From positions 5,580,001-5,644,000 of the forward strand of contig NW_027361819.1 of assembly GCF_039654945.1 (NCBI RefSeq): a DNA stretch of 64,000 nucleotides, read 5' to 3'. A program made the position numbers and the translations under genes. Each line of letters begins with the position of its first letter. The first letter of the stretch is position 1. The stretch comes from Dendrobates tinctorius. Taxonomy: Eukaryota. Positions 12,783-24,899 of the stretch are shown piece by piece. The notes beneath the pieces were generated by a model. The model searched no databases, was not told the DNA's origin, and saw only the letters and a program-made list of their open reading frames with translations.

Positions 12783-15700
12783 AGCAGTGGCTCAGTATTG
12801 GGGTATCAGGTGTAGTAATAGGGACACATACGGCAGCAGCGGCTCAGTATTGGGGTATCAGCTGCAGTAATAAGGACACATACGGCAGCAGCGGCTCAGT
12901 ATTGGGGTATCAGGTGCAGTAATAGGGACACATACGACAGCAGAGGCTCAGTATTGGGGTATCAGGTGCAGTAATAGGGACACATACGGCAGCAGCGGCT
13001 CAGTATTGGGGTATCAGGTGTAGTAATAGGGACACATACGGCAGCAGCGGCTCAGTATTGGGGTATCAGATACAATAGTAGGGACACATATGGCAGCAGC
13101 TGCTCAGTATTGGGGTATCAGCTGCAGTAAAAAGGACACATACGGCAGCAGAGGCTCAGTATTGGGGTATCAGCTGCAGTAATAAGGACACATACGGCAG
13201 CAGAGGCTCAGTATTGGGGTATCAGCTGCAGTAAAAAGGACACATACGGCAGCAGAGGCTCAGTATTGGGGTATCAGGTGCAGTAATAAGGACACATACG
13301 GCAGCAGAGGCTCAGTATTGGGGTATCAGCTGCAGTAATAAGGACACATACGGCAGCAGAGGCTCAGTATTGGGGTATCAGGTGCAGTAATAAGGACACA
13401 TACGGCAGCAGTGGCTCAGTATTGGGGTATCAGGTGCAGTGATAGGGACACATACGGCAGCAGTGGCTCAGTATTGGGGTATCAGGTGCAGTAATAAGGA
13501 CACATACGGCAGCAGCGGCTCAGTATTGGGGTATCAGGTGCAGTAATAGGGACACATACGACAGCAGAGGCTCAGTATTGGGGTATCAGGTGCAGTAATA
13601 GGGACACATACGGCAGCAGCGGCTCAGTATTGGGGTATCAGGTGTAGTAATAGGGACACATACGGCAGCAGCGGCTCAGTATTGGGGTATCAGATACAAT
13701 AGTAGGGACACATATGGCAGCAGCTGCTCAGTATTGGGGTATCAGCTGCAGTAAAAAGGACACATACGGCAGCAGAGGCTCAGTATTGGGGTATCAGCTG
13801 CAGTAATAAGGACACATACGGCAGCAGAGGCTCAGTATTGGGGTATCAGCTGCAGTAAAAAGGACACATACGGCAGCAGAGGCTCAGTATTGGGGTATCA
13901 GGTGCAGTAATAAGGACACATACGGCAGCAGAGGCTCAGTATTGGGGTATCAGCTGCAGTAATAAGGACACATACGGCAGCAGAGGCTCAGTATTGGGGT
14001 ATCAGGTGCAGTAATAAGGACACATACGGCAGCAGTGGCTCAGTATTGGGGTATCAGGTGCAGTGATAGGGACACATACGGCAGCAGTGGCTCAGTATTG
14101 GGGTATCAGGTGCAGTAATAAGGACACATACGGCAGCAGTGGCTCAGTATTGGGGTATCAGGTGCAGTAATAAGGACACATGCGGCAGCAGAGGCTCAGT
14201 ATTGGGGTATCAGCTGCAGTAATAAGGACACATACGGCAGCAGAGGCTCAGTATTGGGGTATCAGGTGCAGTAATAAGGACACATACGGCAGCAGCGGCT
14301 CAGTATTGGGGTATCAGGTGCAGTGATAGGGACACATACGGCAGCAGTGCCTCAGTATTGGGGTATCAGGTGCAGTAATAAGGACACATACGGCAGCAGT
14401 GGCTCAGTATTGGGGTATCAGGTGCAGTAATAAGGACACATACGGCAGCAGAGGCTCAGTATTGGGGTATCAGGTGCAGTAATAGGGACACATATGGCAG
14501 CAGCGGCTCAGTATTGGGGTATCAGGTGCAGTAATAGGGACACATAAGGCAGCAGCGGCTCAGTATTGGGGTATCAGGTGCAGTAATAGGGACACACGGC
14601 AGCAGCGGCTCAGTATTGGGGTATCAGCTGCAGTAATAAGGACACATACGGCAGCAGAGGCTCAGTATTGGGGTATCAGCTGCAGTAATAAGGACACATA
14701 CGGCAGCAGAGGCTCAGTATTGGGGTATCAGGTGCAGTAATAAGGACACATACGGCAGCAGAGGCTCAGTATTGAGGTATCAGGTGCAGTAATAGGGACA
14801 CATACGGCAGCAGCGGCTCAGTATTGGGGTATCAGGTGCAGTAATAGGGACACATAAGGCAGCAGCGGCTCAGTATTGGGGTATCAGGTGCAGTAATAGG
14901 GACACATACGGCAGCAGCGGCTCAGTATTGGGGTATCAGGTGCAGTAATAGGGACACATAAGGCAGCAGCGGCTCAGTATTGGGGTATCAGGTGCAGTAA
15001 TAGGGACACATACGGCAGCAGTGGCTCAGTATTGGGGTATCAGGTGCAGTTATAGGGACACATGCGGCAGCAGCAGAGGCTCAGTATTGGGGTATCAGGT
15101 GCAGTAATAGGGACACATACGGCAGCAGCGGCTCAGTATTGGGGTGTCAGCTGCAGTAATAAGGACACATACGGCAGCAGAGGCTCAGTATTTGGGTATC
15201 AGGTGCAGTAATAAGGACACATACGGCAGCAGAGGCTCAGTATTGAGGTATCAGGTGCAGTAATAGGGACACATACGGCAGCAGCGGCTCAGTATTGGGG
15301 TATCAGGTGCAGTAATAGGGACACATAAGGCAGCAGCGGCTCAGTATTGGGGTATCAGGTGCAGTAATAGGGACACATACGGCAGCAGCGGCTCAGTATT
15401 GGGGTATCAGGTGCAGTAATAGGGACACATACGGCAGCAGCGGCTCAGTATTGGGGTATCAGGTGCAGTAATAGGGACACATAAGGCAGCAGCGGCTCAG
15501 TATTGGGGTATCAGGTGCAGTAATAGGGACACATACGGCAGCAGCGGCTCAGTATTGGGGTATCAGGTGCAGTTATAGGGACACATGCGGCAGCAGCAGA
15601 GGCTCAGTATTGGGGTATCAGGTGCAGTAATAGGGACACATACGGCAGCAGCGGCTCAGTATTGGGGTATCAGGTGCAGTAATAGGGACACATACAGCAG

Positions 15701-16133
15701 AGGCTCAGTATTGGGGTATCAGGTGCAGTAATAGGGACACATACATACGACAGAGGCTCAGTATTGGGGTATCAGATGCAGTAATAGGGACACATATGGC
15801 AGCAGCGGCTCAGTATTGGGGTATCAGGTGCAGTAATAGGGACACATATGGCAGCAGCGGCTCAGTATTGGGGTATCAGGTGCAGTAATAGGGACACATA
15901 CGGCAGCAGAGGCTCAGTATTGGGGTATCAGGTGCAGTAATAGGGACACATACGGCAGCAGCGGCTGAGTATTGGGGTATCAGGTGCAGTAATAGGGACA
16001 CATACGGTAGCAGCGGCTCAGTATTGGGGTATCAGGTGCAGTAATAGGGACACATACGGCAGCAGCGGCTCAGTATTGGGGTATCAGATACAATAGTAGG
16101 GACACATGTGGCAGCAGCGGCTCAGTATTGGGT
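12783..16133. repeat. 52-bp satellite, ~64 copies (GGCTCAGTATTGGGGTATCAGGTGCAGTAATAGGGACACATACGGCAGCAGC)
   Basis: Period 52 (12841, 12893, ...); within the hAT element. Confidence 0.97.
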
Positions 16134-16740
16134 TGAGTAGTTTGTGCATGCTGGAGATAGATGGGTAGTAATCTGGAAATGTGAGAAGTCAGATGTGTCT
16201 TTGTTGTATTGTCTGCAGATGAGTCCTGCTGGAGAAGTCGTCATGTCGGTCTGAGTAAGATGCAAAAGTGAACGATTATCAGAAAGAACGTCACCTGTAA
16301 GTTATCATCTGTAACTGTATAGTAAACTCTTGTATATTCTGCAGGACTGGCATCTACCACTATGAGGTCACCATATGGCGGTAATATCAGTATTGTTTTT
16401 TGTATAGAGATTTGTTTCAGTTACAGCGCGGTCATCTACTGAGGTTCCCCTATACTCATGACTACAGTGTGCCACCTGAGTTGTAATCAGGGTTACCGGT
16501 TAGGGGCCCACTCAAATTTTTCGCCCCCCCTAAGCTGAACCCCTAGCTACGCCTCTGTGTTGACTAGAGGGAGCATGGTGGCTGTTGGAATCATGGTGGC
16601 TGTACGGCGTGTATTGGCTTTATTTGTTCTAGTATTTATAGGGGCTGTAGTTTCTTTAGGAGTCTGAATGACTGTAGTGTCAGTGGGTGTTGTAGGAGCT
16701 TTAGTTTCTTGGTGGAGCTATATTGATTGTAGTGGCTGTA

Positions 16741-17450
16741 CTAGACCTTGCCTTCTCCTGGATCTCCTCATATCTCACTAACCGCACATTTACCATCTCC
16801 CATTCTACCTCCTCATCCAGCCCTCTCTCTGTCAGTGTCCCTCAAGGCTCTGTCCTGCTACTGTTTGCCTGGGACAATTCAGAGTCTCATGGCTTCCAGA
16901 GTACCATCTGTACCCTGCTGACACTCAGATCTACCTCTCTGGTGCAGACATGCTGTGCAGAGTCCCAGAGTGTCTATCAGCCACATCCTTCTTCTCATCA
17001 CTCTTTCTAAAGCTCGATGTGGACAAAGCCAAACCCATCATCTTTCCTCCATCTCACTCAGCCCACCACCAGACCTATCTAGCACAGTTAGTTACATCAC
17101 GCTTTCCACTGTATGAGAAGTCCACCACCTCAGAGTAATCCTTCGCTCTGACTTGTCCTTCAAACCAAACATACACGTTTACTCTTTTTTCAACTCAAAA
17201 TCAATTAAAATGTTAGTACATGTTCCCATCTTCTCCAGCCTTGACTATTGCAATACTCTCCTCTGTGTCCTCCCGATTAACACTCTTGCACCTCTCCAGT
17301 CCATCCTTAACCCTGTTGCCTGCTTAATCTTCCCTTGCCCTTGCAAATAATCCAACTTTGCCCTCTGCCAATCCCTTTACTGGCTTCCGATTCCCCAGCG
17401 AATCCAGTTTACATTACTAACAATGACTTTCAAGACCTTTTCTAATTTAT
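16741..17450 (+). mobile_element. Old L2/CR1-group LINE RT fragment (copy 1)
   Basis: Remnant peptides WISSYLTNRTF, SVPQGSVL, LDYCNTLL; many frameshifts. Confidence 0.8.
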
Positions 17451-17550
17451 CTCTACATACAAACATTTTGATACAGGAAAGATATACAGGAAAAATTTTC
17501 TTTGCTGTGTTGTGCGTAAATATGTGATTCTTCAGATGTTGTATTAGTCT

Positions 17551-17590
17551 TTGCCTGATGAAGAGACCAGAGTAGTCTCGAAAGCTGCAA
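17551..17590 (+). ncRNA. Minimal type I hammerhead ribozyme motif, degenerate at the cleavage site (copy 1)
   Basis: TTGC-CTGATGA-A-GAGAC(CAGAGTA)GTCTC-GAAA-GC-T-GCAA: core boxes, stem II, stem I TTGC/GCAA, palindromic AGCT stem III; no unpaired H17. Confidence 0.75.
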
Positions 17591-17826
17591 TGTGTTACCA
17601 TCTTTTCAGTTAGCCACTAAAAGGTATCAACCACTGAGGACTCTCAATTCTGAATATTCTTCTTACATACATTCATTTGAGAGCATCAACCCTTGTTATG
17701 TAGAACTTTGACTTCTTTGTTTGTACGACCAGCATGCTTTATTAGTATAAATCCAGTAGACAATAGAAATGAAAATTTCAGTCTAAGATTTCTTCTTTCT
17801 TTTTTTTTTTTAGCCAGGAAATTCCA

Positions 17827-20800
17827 ATGGAATGGCTACTGTCCAAGCTCCATCTGGAGAAGATCCAAGGCTCCAAAATCAGTCTGGAACATGTGATGTG
17901 TATCGAGAAAGAGATCAGGAATGATGACACTTCACTGCTATGGACGTTTCTCAGAAAACTTATAGCACTGGATGAAACTGCACGAAATACCATGATAGAT
18001 GAGAATGAAGATACCAACATAAGTGGTTTATGTGCAGAAGATGATCTGTTTGTAAACCAGATGTCATCTAGAAATTCCTCAAATTCTCTCCATCCCCTAG
18101 ATGTCCTATGTGCTCTTCTTCGTTCTTCTGACAGCTTTCTACAACAATTTATCTTCTCGAAAATGTCCATGTGTCAGTTTGCGGTTCCTTTTGTGCTCCC
18201 TGCAGATAAGAACAATCCATGTACCCTTTCACTATGGCCCTTGAGAGAAATTGTAAAGAAGTGGAGACCAACATCATTACTAAGCACTAAAGGCTTCAGA
18301 GAAGACAACCTGGTGAATATTTCCATGCCCATCTTTTCGTTTGTCAGATTTGGAAATTGTACTCTCTCAAAATCCAGAACCCTCAACAATGTTCTCAGTC
18401 CATCCTACACTCATCATGACTTCTTCGTGCACCAGGACATGGAATGTGGTTATCATCATAGAACAATCTCGGAAGGACTTCTCGAGCTCTTCTGGCATTT
18501 TCCTGGTGGGAGTCAAAACTCTAATGTTTTTCTTGAACCCGTAACTATCATGAATTTACGTGGCGACCTAGAATTTAATCAGAAGCAGTTCAGTTTGTTG
18601 ACCAAAGTCTCTTCTGCTGTTTTTATTTTCTCGGAAGATCTCCAAGAAAAACATTGTAAAATATTGGAGAGCTATGCACCAGGCAATCCAAACTTCTACT
18701 TTATTATCTCTCTACCTGATGACAATCATTACAATGAGGAGACAGAAAATTATCTACACAAGTTAATAAGATCTCTAAATTTGACCAGTAAAAACATCTT
18801 GGTGAAAGATTCCGGGACAAATGAAGCCAAAATTGTAAAAGAGATACAAGGCTTCATAAGACGTTTGATCAATGCATCTCCGCAATCCATGACATTAGAG
18901 GAAGTTGGGAAAATTGCTAATGAGCTTGAAATCTATGTAGATGAGAATGCGGTGGAATGCCAAAGAGCCAAGACTATAGCTAAGAGGATCATCAGTCAAA
19001 TAACAGACGTGTCACAATATAAGAAACAAACTATGACCCTGCAGGGGAATCTGTGGAAGAAGATTACTAAAAATGAGAAAGAACTCTGTAGGATGAAGAA
19101 ACAGGTTGATGAAAGTGGGGAGACTTATAAGTCAGAGCTGAACAAGCAAATTATAGATCTGCGTAAGCAACAAAGCCAGCAAGAACTTCAGGCAGACATG
19201 AAGACGTTTTTGTTGGCACTTACTGACTTGCCTCATATGGAAAAAAAATATTTTTTGAAGTGGTTGAAGATATTTCTCGATGATATTGCTCGATCAAATC
19301 TAAAAGAGTTACAAACTGAGTATTTAAAAAATTCCACCAATATGTTAGTTCTGAGAGAAATAGATCAAAAGATGTCTGATGGCTCCCTTGGGTTAGAACA
19401 TTTCTTACGTGAAGTCGGGCAGATGCATGAGTCTCAGTTTTTTAAACTTAATCATAAAGATCTAGGACAAAAACTCAGTGACCTCCCCGGATTAGCTGCT
19501 GATCTCATGCTGGATGGGTTTCCGTTTGAGTTGATGGATGGAGATGCCTCCAACATTCCCTTACAGTGGATAATGGATGTCCTGAGTGAACTGGATAAGA
19601 AGACTGGAGGACAATGCAGGATGAGGGTGATAACTGTGCTAGGAGTGCAGAGTACGGGAAAGTCCACCCTACTGAACACCATGTTTGGTCTACAGTTCCC
19701 TGTGGCCAGTGGTCGATGCACACGAGGAGCCTTCATGACTCTCATTAAAGTGAAGGAGAACTTCCAAGAAGAACTAGGCTGTGATTTCATTCTGGTGATC
19801 GACACTGAAGGGTTGAAAGCTCCTGAATTGGCTTCATTGGCAAAGAGTTATGAACATGACAATGAATTGGCCACATTAGTGGTTGGGTTGAGTGACATCA
19901 CCATCATTAACATATCGATGGAAAACTCTTCAGAAATGAAAGATATTTTACAGATTGTGGTCCACGCATTTCTCCGTATGAGCAAAATAGGAGAAAAACC
20001 AAACTGTCACTTTGTTCATCAGAACGTGAGTGATGTGTCTGCTCATACTTTGGGAATGAGAGACAGGAACAAAATATTGGAGAACCTGAATCACATGACA
20101 AAAGCTGCAGCAAAAATGGAAAAATTGGAAGGGATAACTACTTTTAATGACATAATGAATTACAATCCTGATGAACACACATGGTACATTTCTGGCCTGT
20201 GGTATGGCATTCCACCCATGGCTCCTATAAACCCTGGGTACAGCGAGGGAGTTCTTTCACTTAAAAAATATTTGATTGAGTTCCTGAAAAATAAAGTGCA
20301 GAAGCCACGGACTATCCCAGTTTTTCTTCAGTGGTTAAAAAGTTTATGGAATGCAGTAAAATATGAAAAATTTATCTTTAGCTTTCGGAACAGCCTGATA
20401 GCGGACGCTTACGACCAGGTGTCCGTAAAATATTCACAACTGGAGTGGAGCTTCCGAAAAGAGATCTACAACTGGATGACCGAGGTGCTGATATCAATAA
20501 AGAATGAGGAAGCTGAAAATCTATCAATGGAAACATTGACTGATATAATAGAATCAACATCAGAAATGCTGAGCAAAGAGGAGAAGAAAATGCACAATTT
20601 ACTCAATAATTATTTTGATTCTGAACTGGAAAATGCACATCTGGTAGAAAAATACAGAGAAGACTTTATGAAAAGTGTAAAAAGTCTTAGGAAGGGACTT
20701 AAAGAAAAAATAGTCAACAAATGCAAAGAAGCCATTCATATCCAAAAGACAAAGCATAAGATAGAAGGTCTGAAGGATAGTTACATATCACAAATGGAAG

Positions 20801-22524
20801 AAAAAGTGACAACTCTAATATGCCTGTGCAGGGACAGGACTCAGAAAATGGATGACGAAAAGCTTGAAGGAGAATTTAATGCCATGTGGAATGACACAAT
20901 AAAAAGCCTTCAAGTCAAATCCATAGCAAGACAAGACATTGACCACATCATGCTCCAGCAGCTCCGGAAGGACATGAGTCACAAGTCAGGTGCTGTCAAT
21001 GAGAAACTGCTGAACATCCAGACGCTTCTTGAATTTGCACATGTAACTTTCGAGGTGCGTGATGAACACATCGATCTAAAATGGTACGAAAAATGTCACG
21101 ACAAAATCATGTACAAAGTTAAAAGTTTTAAAGACTTCTACAAAAACGACTACAGTTTTAAATCAAAGCAGATAGCAGAACACCTGGTGGACAAAGGCTC
21201 GAGATTTGTCGATCAATGCGTGAAGATGAACGAGAATTACCATGATATGTTTTGTTTAGAATTACTTAAAATGGTCAATGATAAGTTCCAACAGCCCGAT
21301 GTGAAGAACCTGCACACCACAGACCATTTTGAGCTTGACCTCAAGCTTTTACTTTTAGGCAGAGCAGCTTCAGAATTTCAAAAGATGCACGATAATTTCT
21401 TGACCTTAAATGACCCATACTTATGCTTAGAAACATTAAAATCTGAATATCTTTCAGTTTTCAAAGTAGTATTCAAGGAAAAGGATGAATGTACAACTAG
21501 AGCGAAACGATTCTGTGACCTTTGTCTCAAACCAGCCATTGTGGACTACGTGAACCATCGTCTTGGACAGGAGATAGTCAACGAGATGCTGAGTGGGGAA
21601 GACAACATGAAATACATGAGTCGCACTTTCTTTCAGATGCGGGTGCTCTGTAAGCTTCTCGAAGAACATTCTTTTGAGCAATACGTGAAGTATATCAATA
21701 ACTATGAGCGTTTTGTCAAGGAATGTATCTTAGAGTTCATTAAAGAGAAATATGAAGACCCAGAAGCTTTGCAATCATTGCAGTCAAATATAGTCTTGTC
21801 CATTCTTCAGAAATTAAGAGAAATCCTTAAAGACTCCCAAATACAGGAAAGTGCAGATATCTCAGAATTCCTAAGAAATATTTGTAAGATGCTGAAGAAG
21901 GACTTGGTCATATCACAAAAAGATGTCAAGGTGATAATTTTTCAGAATTCTGTGCCCGTTACTCAGTTCGCTGCTGATGTTGAGTTCTTCCTTTCTGACC
22001 TTGGAGGGGATATTATATCAGAAATGAGACGGTCAACCATTGAGTCTGTTCTTGACGCAGTTATTCTAAAACCAGAAGAAGAACTGTTCAAGAAAGTGAT
22101 TGGATGTGGGAACCAGTGTCCATTCTGTAAAGTCCCCTGTGAAGCTGGATGTGCTGAGCACACAGAGCACTTTGCCACTGTCCATCGTCCTCAGGGCCTG
22201 GGCAGATACAGATCGGTGGACACTAATGTCCTATGTTCCTCACTATGTTCTACAGATGTCGTCACCGAGAAGTCATTCCGGAACGCTGACACTGATTGGA
22301 AGTTCCATCCTTATAAGGATTATCAGGACTTGTACCCAGACTGGATGATCCAACCAGATCCCAGCATCAGTGCCTCCGACTACTGGAAATTCATCTTTAA
22401 AGAGTTTAATGCCAAGTTTGCAAAGGAATATAATGCAAAGCCTGCAACTCTACCCAAAGACTGGTATGACATAAGCAAGGGACAAGCTCATGAAAGCTTG
22501 AAGGAATCATTCCGTGTAAAATAA
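17827..22524 (+). CDS. gvin1: Interferon-induced very large GTPase 1-like (VLIG/URGCP family), 1565 aa, single large exon, copy 1
   Basis: P-loop GVQSTGKS; GRCTRGAF; G3 DTEGL; HDNELAT; family motifs LEHFLRE, ELMDGDA, LWYGIPPMAP; C-terminal CPFCKVPC..H..H. Polypyrimidine tract plus AG acceptor at 17812-17813, so a short upstream coding exon is possible. Confidence 0.93.
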   Translation: MEWLLSKLHLEKIQGSKISLEHVMCIEKEIRNDDTSLLWTFLRKLIALDETARNTMIDENEDTNISGLCAEDDLFVNQMSSRNSSNSLHPLDVLCALLRSSDSFLQQFIFSKMSMCQFAVPFVLPADKNNPCTLSLWPLREIVKKWRPTSLLSTKGFREDNLVNISMPIFSFVRFGNCTLSKSRTLNNVLSPSYTHHDFFVHQDMECGYHHRTISEGLLELFWHFPGGSQNSNVFLEPVTIMNLRGDLEFNQKQFSLLTKVSSAVFIFSEDLQEKHCKILESYAPGNPNFYFIISLPDDNHYNEETENYLHKLIRSLNLTSKNILVKDSGTNEAKIVKEIQGFIRRLINASPQSMTLEEVGKIANELEIYVDENAVECQRAKTIAKRIISQITDVSQYKKQTMTLQGNLWKKITKNEKELCRMKKQVDESGETYKSELNKQIIDLRKQQSQQELQADMKTFLLALTDLPHMEKKYFLKWLKIFLDDIARSNLKELQTEYLKNSTNMLVLREIDQKMSDGSLGLEHFLREVGQMHESQFFKLNHKDLGQKLSDLPGLAADLMLDGFPFELMDGDASNIPLQWIMDVLSELDKKTGGQCRMRVITVLGVQSTGKSTLLNTMFGLQFPVASGRCTRGAFMTLIKVKENFQEELGCDFILVIDTEGLKAPELASLAKSYEHDNELATLVVGLSDITIINISMENSSEMKDILQIVVHAFLRMSKIGEKPNCHFVHQNVSDVSAHTLGMRDRNKILENLNHMTKAAAKMEKLEGITTFNDIMNYNPDEHTWYISGLWYGIPPMAPINPGYSEGVLSLKKYLIEFLKNKVQKPRTIPVFLQWLKSLWNAVKYEKFIFSFRNSLIADAYDQVSVKYSQLEWSFRKEIYNWMTEVLISIKNEEAENLSMETLTDIIESTSEMLSKEEKKMHNLLNNYFDSELENAHLVEKYREDFMKSVKSLRKGLKEKIVNKCKEAIHIQKTKHKIEGLKDSYISQMEEKVTTLICLCRDRTQKMDDEKLEGEFNAMWNDTIKSLQVKSIARQDIDHIMLQQLRKDMSHKSGAVNEKLLNIQTLLEFAHVTFEVRDEHIDLKWYEKCHDKIMYKVKSFKDFYKNDYSFKSKQIAEHLVDKGSRFVDQCVKMNENYHDMFCLELLKMVNDKFQQPDVKNLHTTDHFELDLKLLLLGRAASEFQKMHDNFLTLNDPYLCLETLKSEYLSVFKVVFKEKDECTTRAKRFCDLCLKPAIVDYVNHRLGQEIVNEMLSGEDNMKYMSRTFFQMRVLCKLLEEHSFEQYVKYINNYERFVKECILEFIKEKYEDPEALQSLQSNIVLSILQKLREILKDSQIQESADISEFLRNICKMLKKDLVISQKDVKVIIFQNSVPVTQFAADVEFFLSDLGGDIISEMRRSTIESVLDAVILKPEEELFKKVIGCGNQCPFCKVPCEAGCAEHTEHFATVHRPQGLGRYRSVDTNVLCSSLCSTDVVTEKSFRNADTDWKFHPYKDYQDLYPDWMIQPDPSISASDYWKFIFKEFNAKFAKEYNAKPATLPKDWYDISKGQAHESLKESFRVK

Positions 22525-23120
22525 GTTCTGCCCCATGAAAAAAAAACATGAACAACACCATAGATCTGTATCTAATACTTGTAGATGGTGCAGCTTCTCA
22601 TAAGGTTGGATGAAGGACAAGGCAGTATTTAAAGTTTATGCTGCCCTAGGCACTTTTTGCGCTGCCTCCCCCACATTGGTGAGTAGGACTCATGCAGACA
22701 ATGTACCCGTTTTTTGCTCATCCTCTATCTTCTCTAGAAAAAAAAATGGTAACATAAACCATGGACGTGTTTGAACTGCTTATTTTTGTGTTGTCATTAG
22801 GGGAGCCCTAGTGAACACTGTACATGGATTACTTTGCAGGTTACTGTCACTGCACCCCCTCAGCAGTTGCCTGAGATACTTGTGTGGTACAGACAATCAC
22901 TACTGGACACCTTTCCATATGGGCAGCAGTGGGTCAGAGAGGTATCCTATATAAACCGGAGAGGCATAAGGAAATCATTATGGCTGGTGAGCTATGCATG
23001 GCACTTCCCCCCCCCTCCCAATCTTCAGAATCTCAGATGTTCCTTCTGAAAAGCAGACAGTATTGTTCCTCAATCTTATCCCTTTTATGTAGAAGACCAT
23101 TTTGTGGCAATGGACTAGAT

Positions 23121-23626
23121 CAGAGGTAACCAACCTTTCTGACCTAGAGAGCCACATTCAGCTATGAGAGAGGGTCATGAGCCACATCCAGCTCCCACCC
23201 CCTCACAATAGTGGCAACCAGAGCCCCCATTACAGGTATAATGGTAACCAAAGCTTTTCCACAGAAATCACTCCAAAGCAGTATATCAAGATCCAGGGCT
23301 TCTCACAATACCTCCATTCAGTTCTCCCTCATCAAGAACTCCAAACACACTGTCACATCCAGCTTCAGGCGCCTCCTCTAGCAGGTAGGACCATCCTCCA
23401 GCGTTCCATACTTAAACTATCACAAAACCCCTAAGACCACTAAATGTGCATCCAGATCTGCACTTCTGTGCAGGGCTGCTCACACAATTCACCATTTTGA
23501 GATGTGCTCTTCATACCCGCTTGCTAGACCTGGAGCTAATGCACCAAGCTGGCCGACAGTTGCGAGCCACAATTCATGGGACCACAAGCCACATGTGACT
23601 CCTGAGCTACAGGTTGGGGACCCCTG
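23121..23626. mobile_element. 506-bp non-autonomous hAT (Charlie-like) element, copy 1
   Basis: TIRs CAGAGGTAACCAACCT / AGGTTGGGGACCCCTG; 8-bp TSD GACTAGAT (23113-23120, 23627-23634). Confidence 0.85.
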
Positions 23627-23719
23627 GACTAGATCAACAAATTACCCAAAAGTGGCGATAGTGTCCTGTGTGTTATACATGGTGGGAGGACATTGTTGAC
23701 AAAATCCCTCAATGTCTGT

Positions 23720-24210
23720 TATTTAATCCTTCTTCTCCGCTAGATTTCTAAAACTTAATATGGACAAAACAGAATTAATTATCTTTCCCCCATCTCACGT
23801 GACCCCTCAACGGACCTATCCATTAAAGTAAACAGCTGCCCACACTCTCCAGTCCCGTACGCTCGCTGCCTCGGGGTAATCCTTGACAATGATCTCTCTT
23901 TCAAACCACATATCCAAGCCCTTTCCGCTTCCTGCCGACTTCAACTCAAAAATATTTCATGGATCCGTACATTCCTCAACCAAGAATTTGCAAAAACCCT
24001 AGTCCATGCCCTCATCATCTCCCGCCTTGACTACTGCAACCTCCTGCTCTGTGGCCTCCCCTCTAACACTCTCGCACCCCTCCAATCTATTCTAAACTCT
24101 GCTGCCCGACTAATCCACCTGTCCCCCCGCTATTCCCCAGCCTCTCCCCTCTGTCAATCCCTGCACTGGCTCCCCATTACCCAAAGACTCCAGTTCAAAA
24201 CCCTAACCAT
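23720..24210 (+). mobile_element. 5'-truncated L2 LINE, part upstream of the Penelope insertion (copy 1)
   Basis: Encodes FLKLNMDKTE, LVHALIISRLDYCNLLL, LHWLPI..QFKTLT. Confidence 0.85.
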
Positions 24211-24858
24211 TTGTGAGCTGTCTTCTTTTTCTGTGAGCCACTGATTCTTCACAGATAACCTTGCTTTTAACATGTACCTACAATTACAACAATTTTTTAC
24301 TTGTATATCACGACCCTTTCCTTTTTTTTTTTATCTCCATTTCTATTTTAATATGCATATACAAAAAAAAATTTTTCAATGATAATTTTTATTAATAATC
24401 TTTTATTCATATCATGTGATCACATTTTTATATAAAACATTTTTATTATATTGAATAAATAAATCTTTTTTAACATATTTATACAAGTATATTCATCACC
24501 TCTCCCCCTTTTTTTCCTTCATTTTTTCGTCTGCTCAATTAGGATGATGGTCTGAGCTGTGATCTACTGCTCCTTCCAGCTTCTTTTATAGTTCCAACAC
24601 AGGTCTATCCTCGTATATTATTTTTTTCTTGTTTTTTTCATTTAATCTTCTTTCTTTTTATATGATCTGCAAATAAATATTTTGAGTGAATTTATTAAGG
24701 TGGAAACAATATAGTTTTAAACAATTTTATGTACATTTTTTTTGTTTGTTACTGATGACCTTTGACATTTCTTCCCTGTAACATGTGACTTTTTGGCGCC
24801 AATATTTGAAATTTGTATGTATAAAACTGGGAACAATCCTGTCTGTTTGTACATATCA

Positions 24859-24899
24859 TCCCCTGAGGAAGAAGTTTCAAACTTCGAAACGCGTTGGGA
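24859..24899 (+). ncRNA. Minimal type I hammerhead ribozyme in Penelope pLTR (copy 1)
   Basis: TCCC-CTGAGGA-A-GAAGTT(TCA)AACTTC-GAAA-CGCG-TT-GGGA: stem I TCCC/GGGA, palindromic ACGCGT stem III, GUU cleavage triplet. Confidence 0.88.

Larger units (their letters stand above)
8427..16557. mobile_element. 8.1 kb non-autonomous hAT-type element inflated by internal satellites
   Basis: Imperfect TIRs CAGTAGTGTAGCTAG / CTAGCTACGCCTCTG; perfect 8-bp TSD TGTTGACT at 8419-8426 and 16558-16565; no transposase ORF. Confidence 0.85.

Noticed and set aside
601-16133. CRISPR-like appearance of the tandem arrays
   Set aside because: No unique spacers and no cas genes; eukaryotic context.
16219-16296. Exon-like segment (CTGCAG|...|GTAAGT) in the hAT right end
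   Set aside because: Lies within a transposon end and its ATG frame stops early; no support for host use.
17778-22348. Small ORFs overlapping GVIN on either strand
   Set aside because: Shadow ORFs of the main CDS with no recognisable motifs.
24752-24770. Extra CTGATGA in the pLTR
   Set aside because: No stem II or GAAA box follows.
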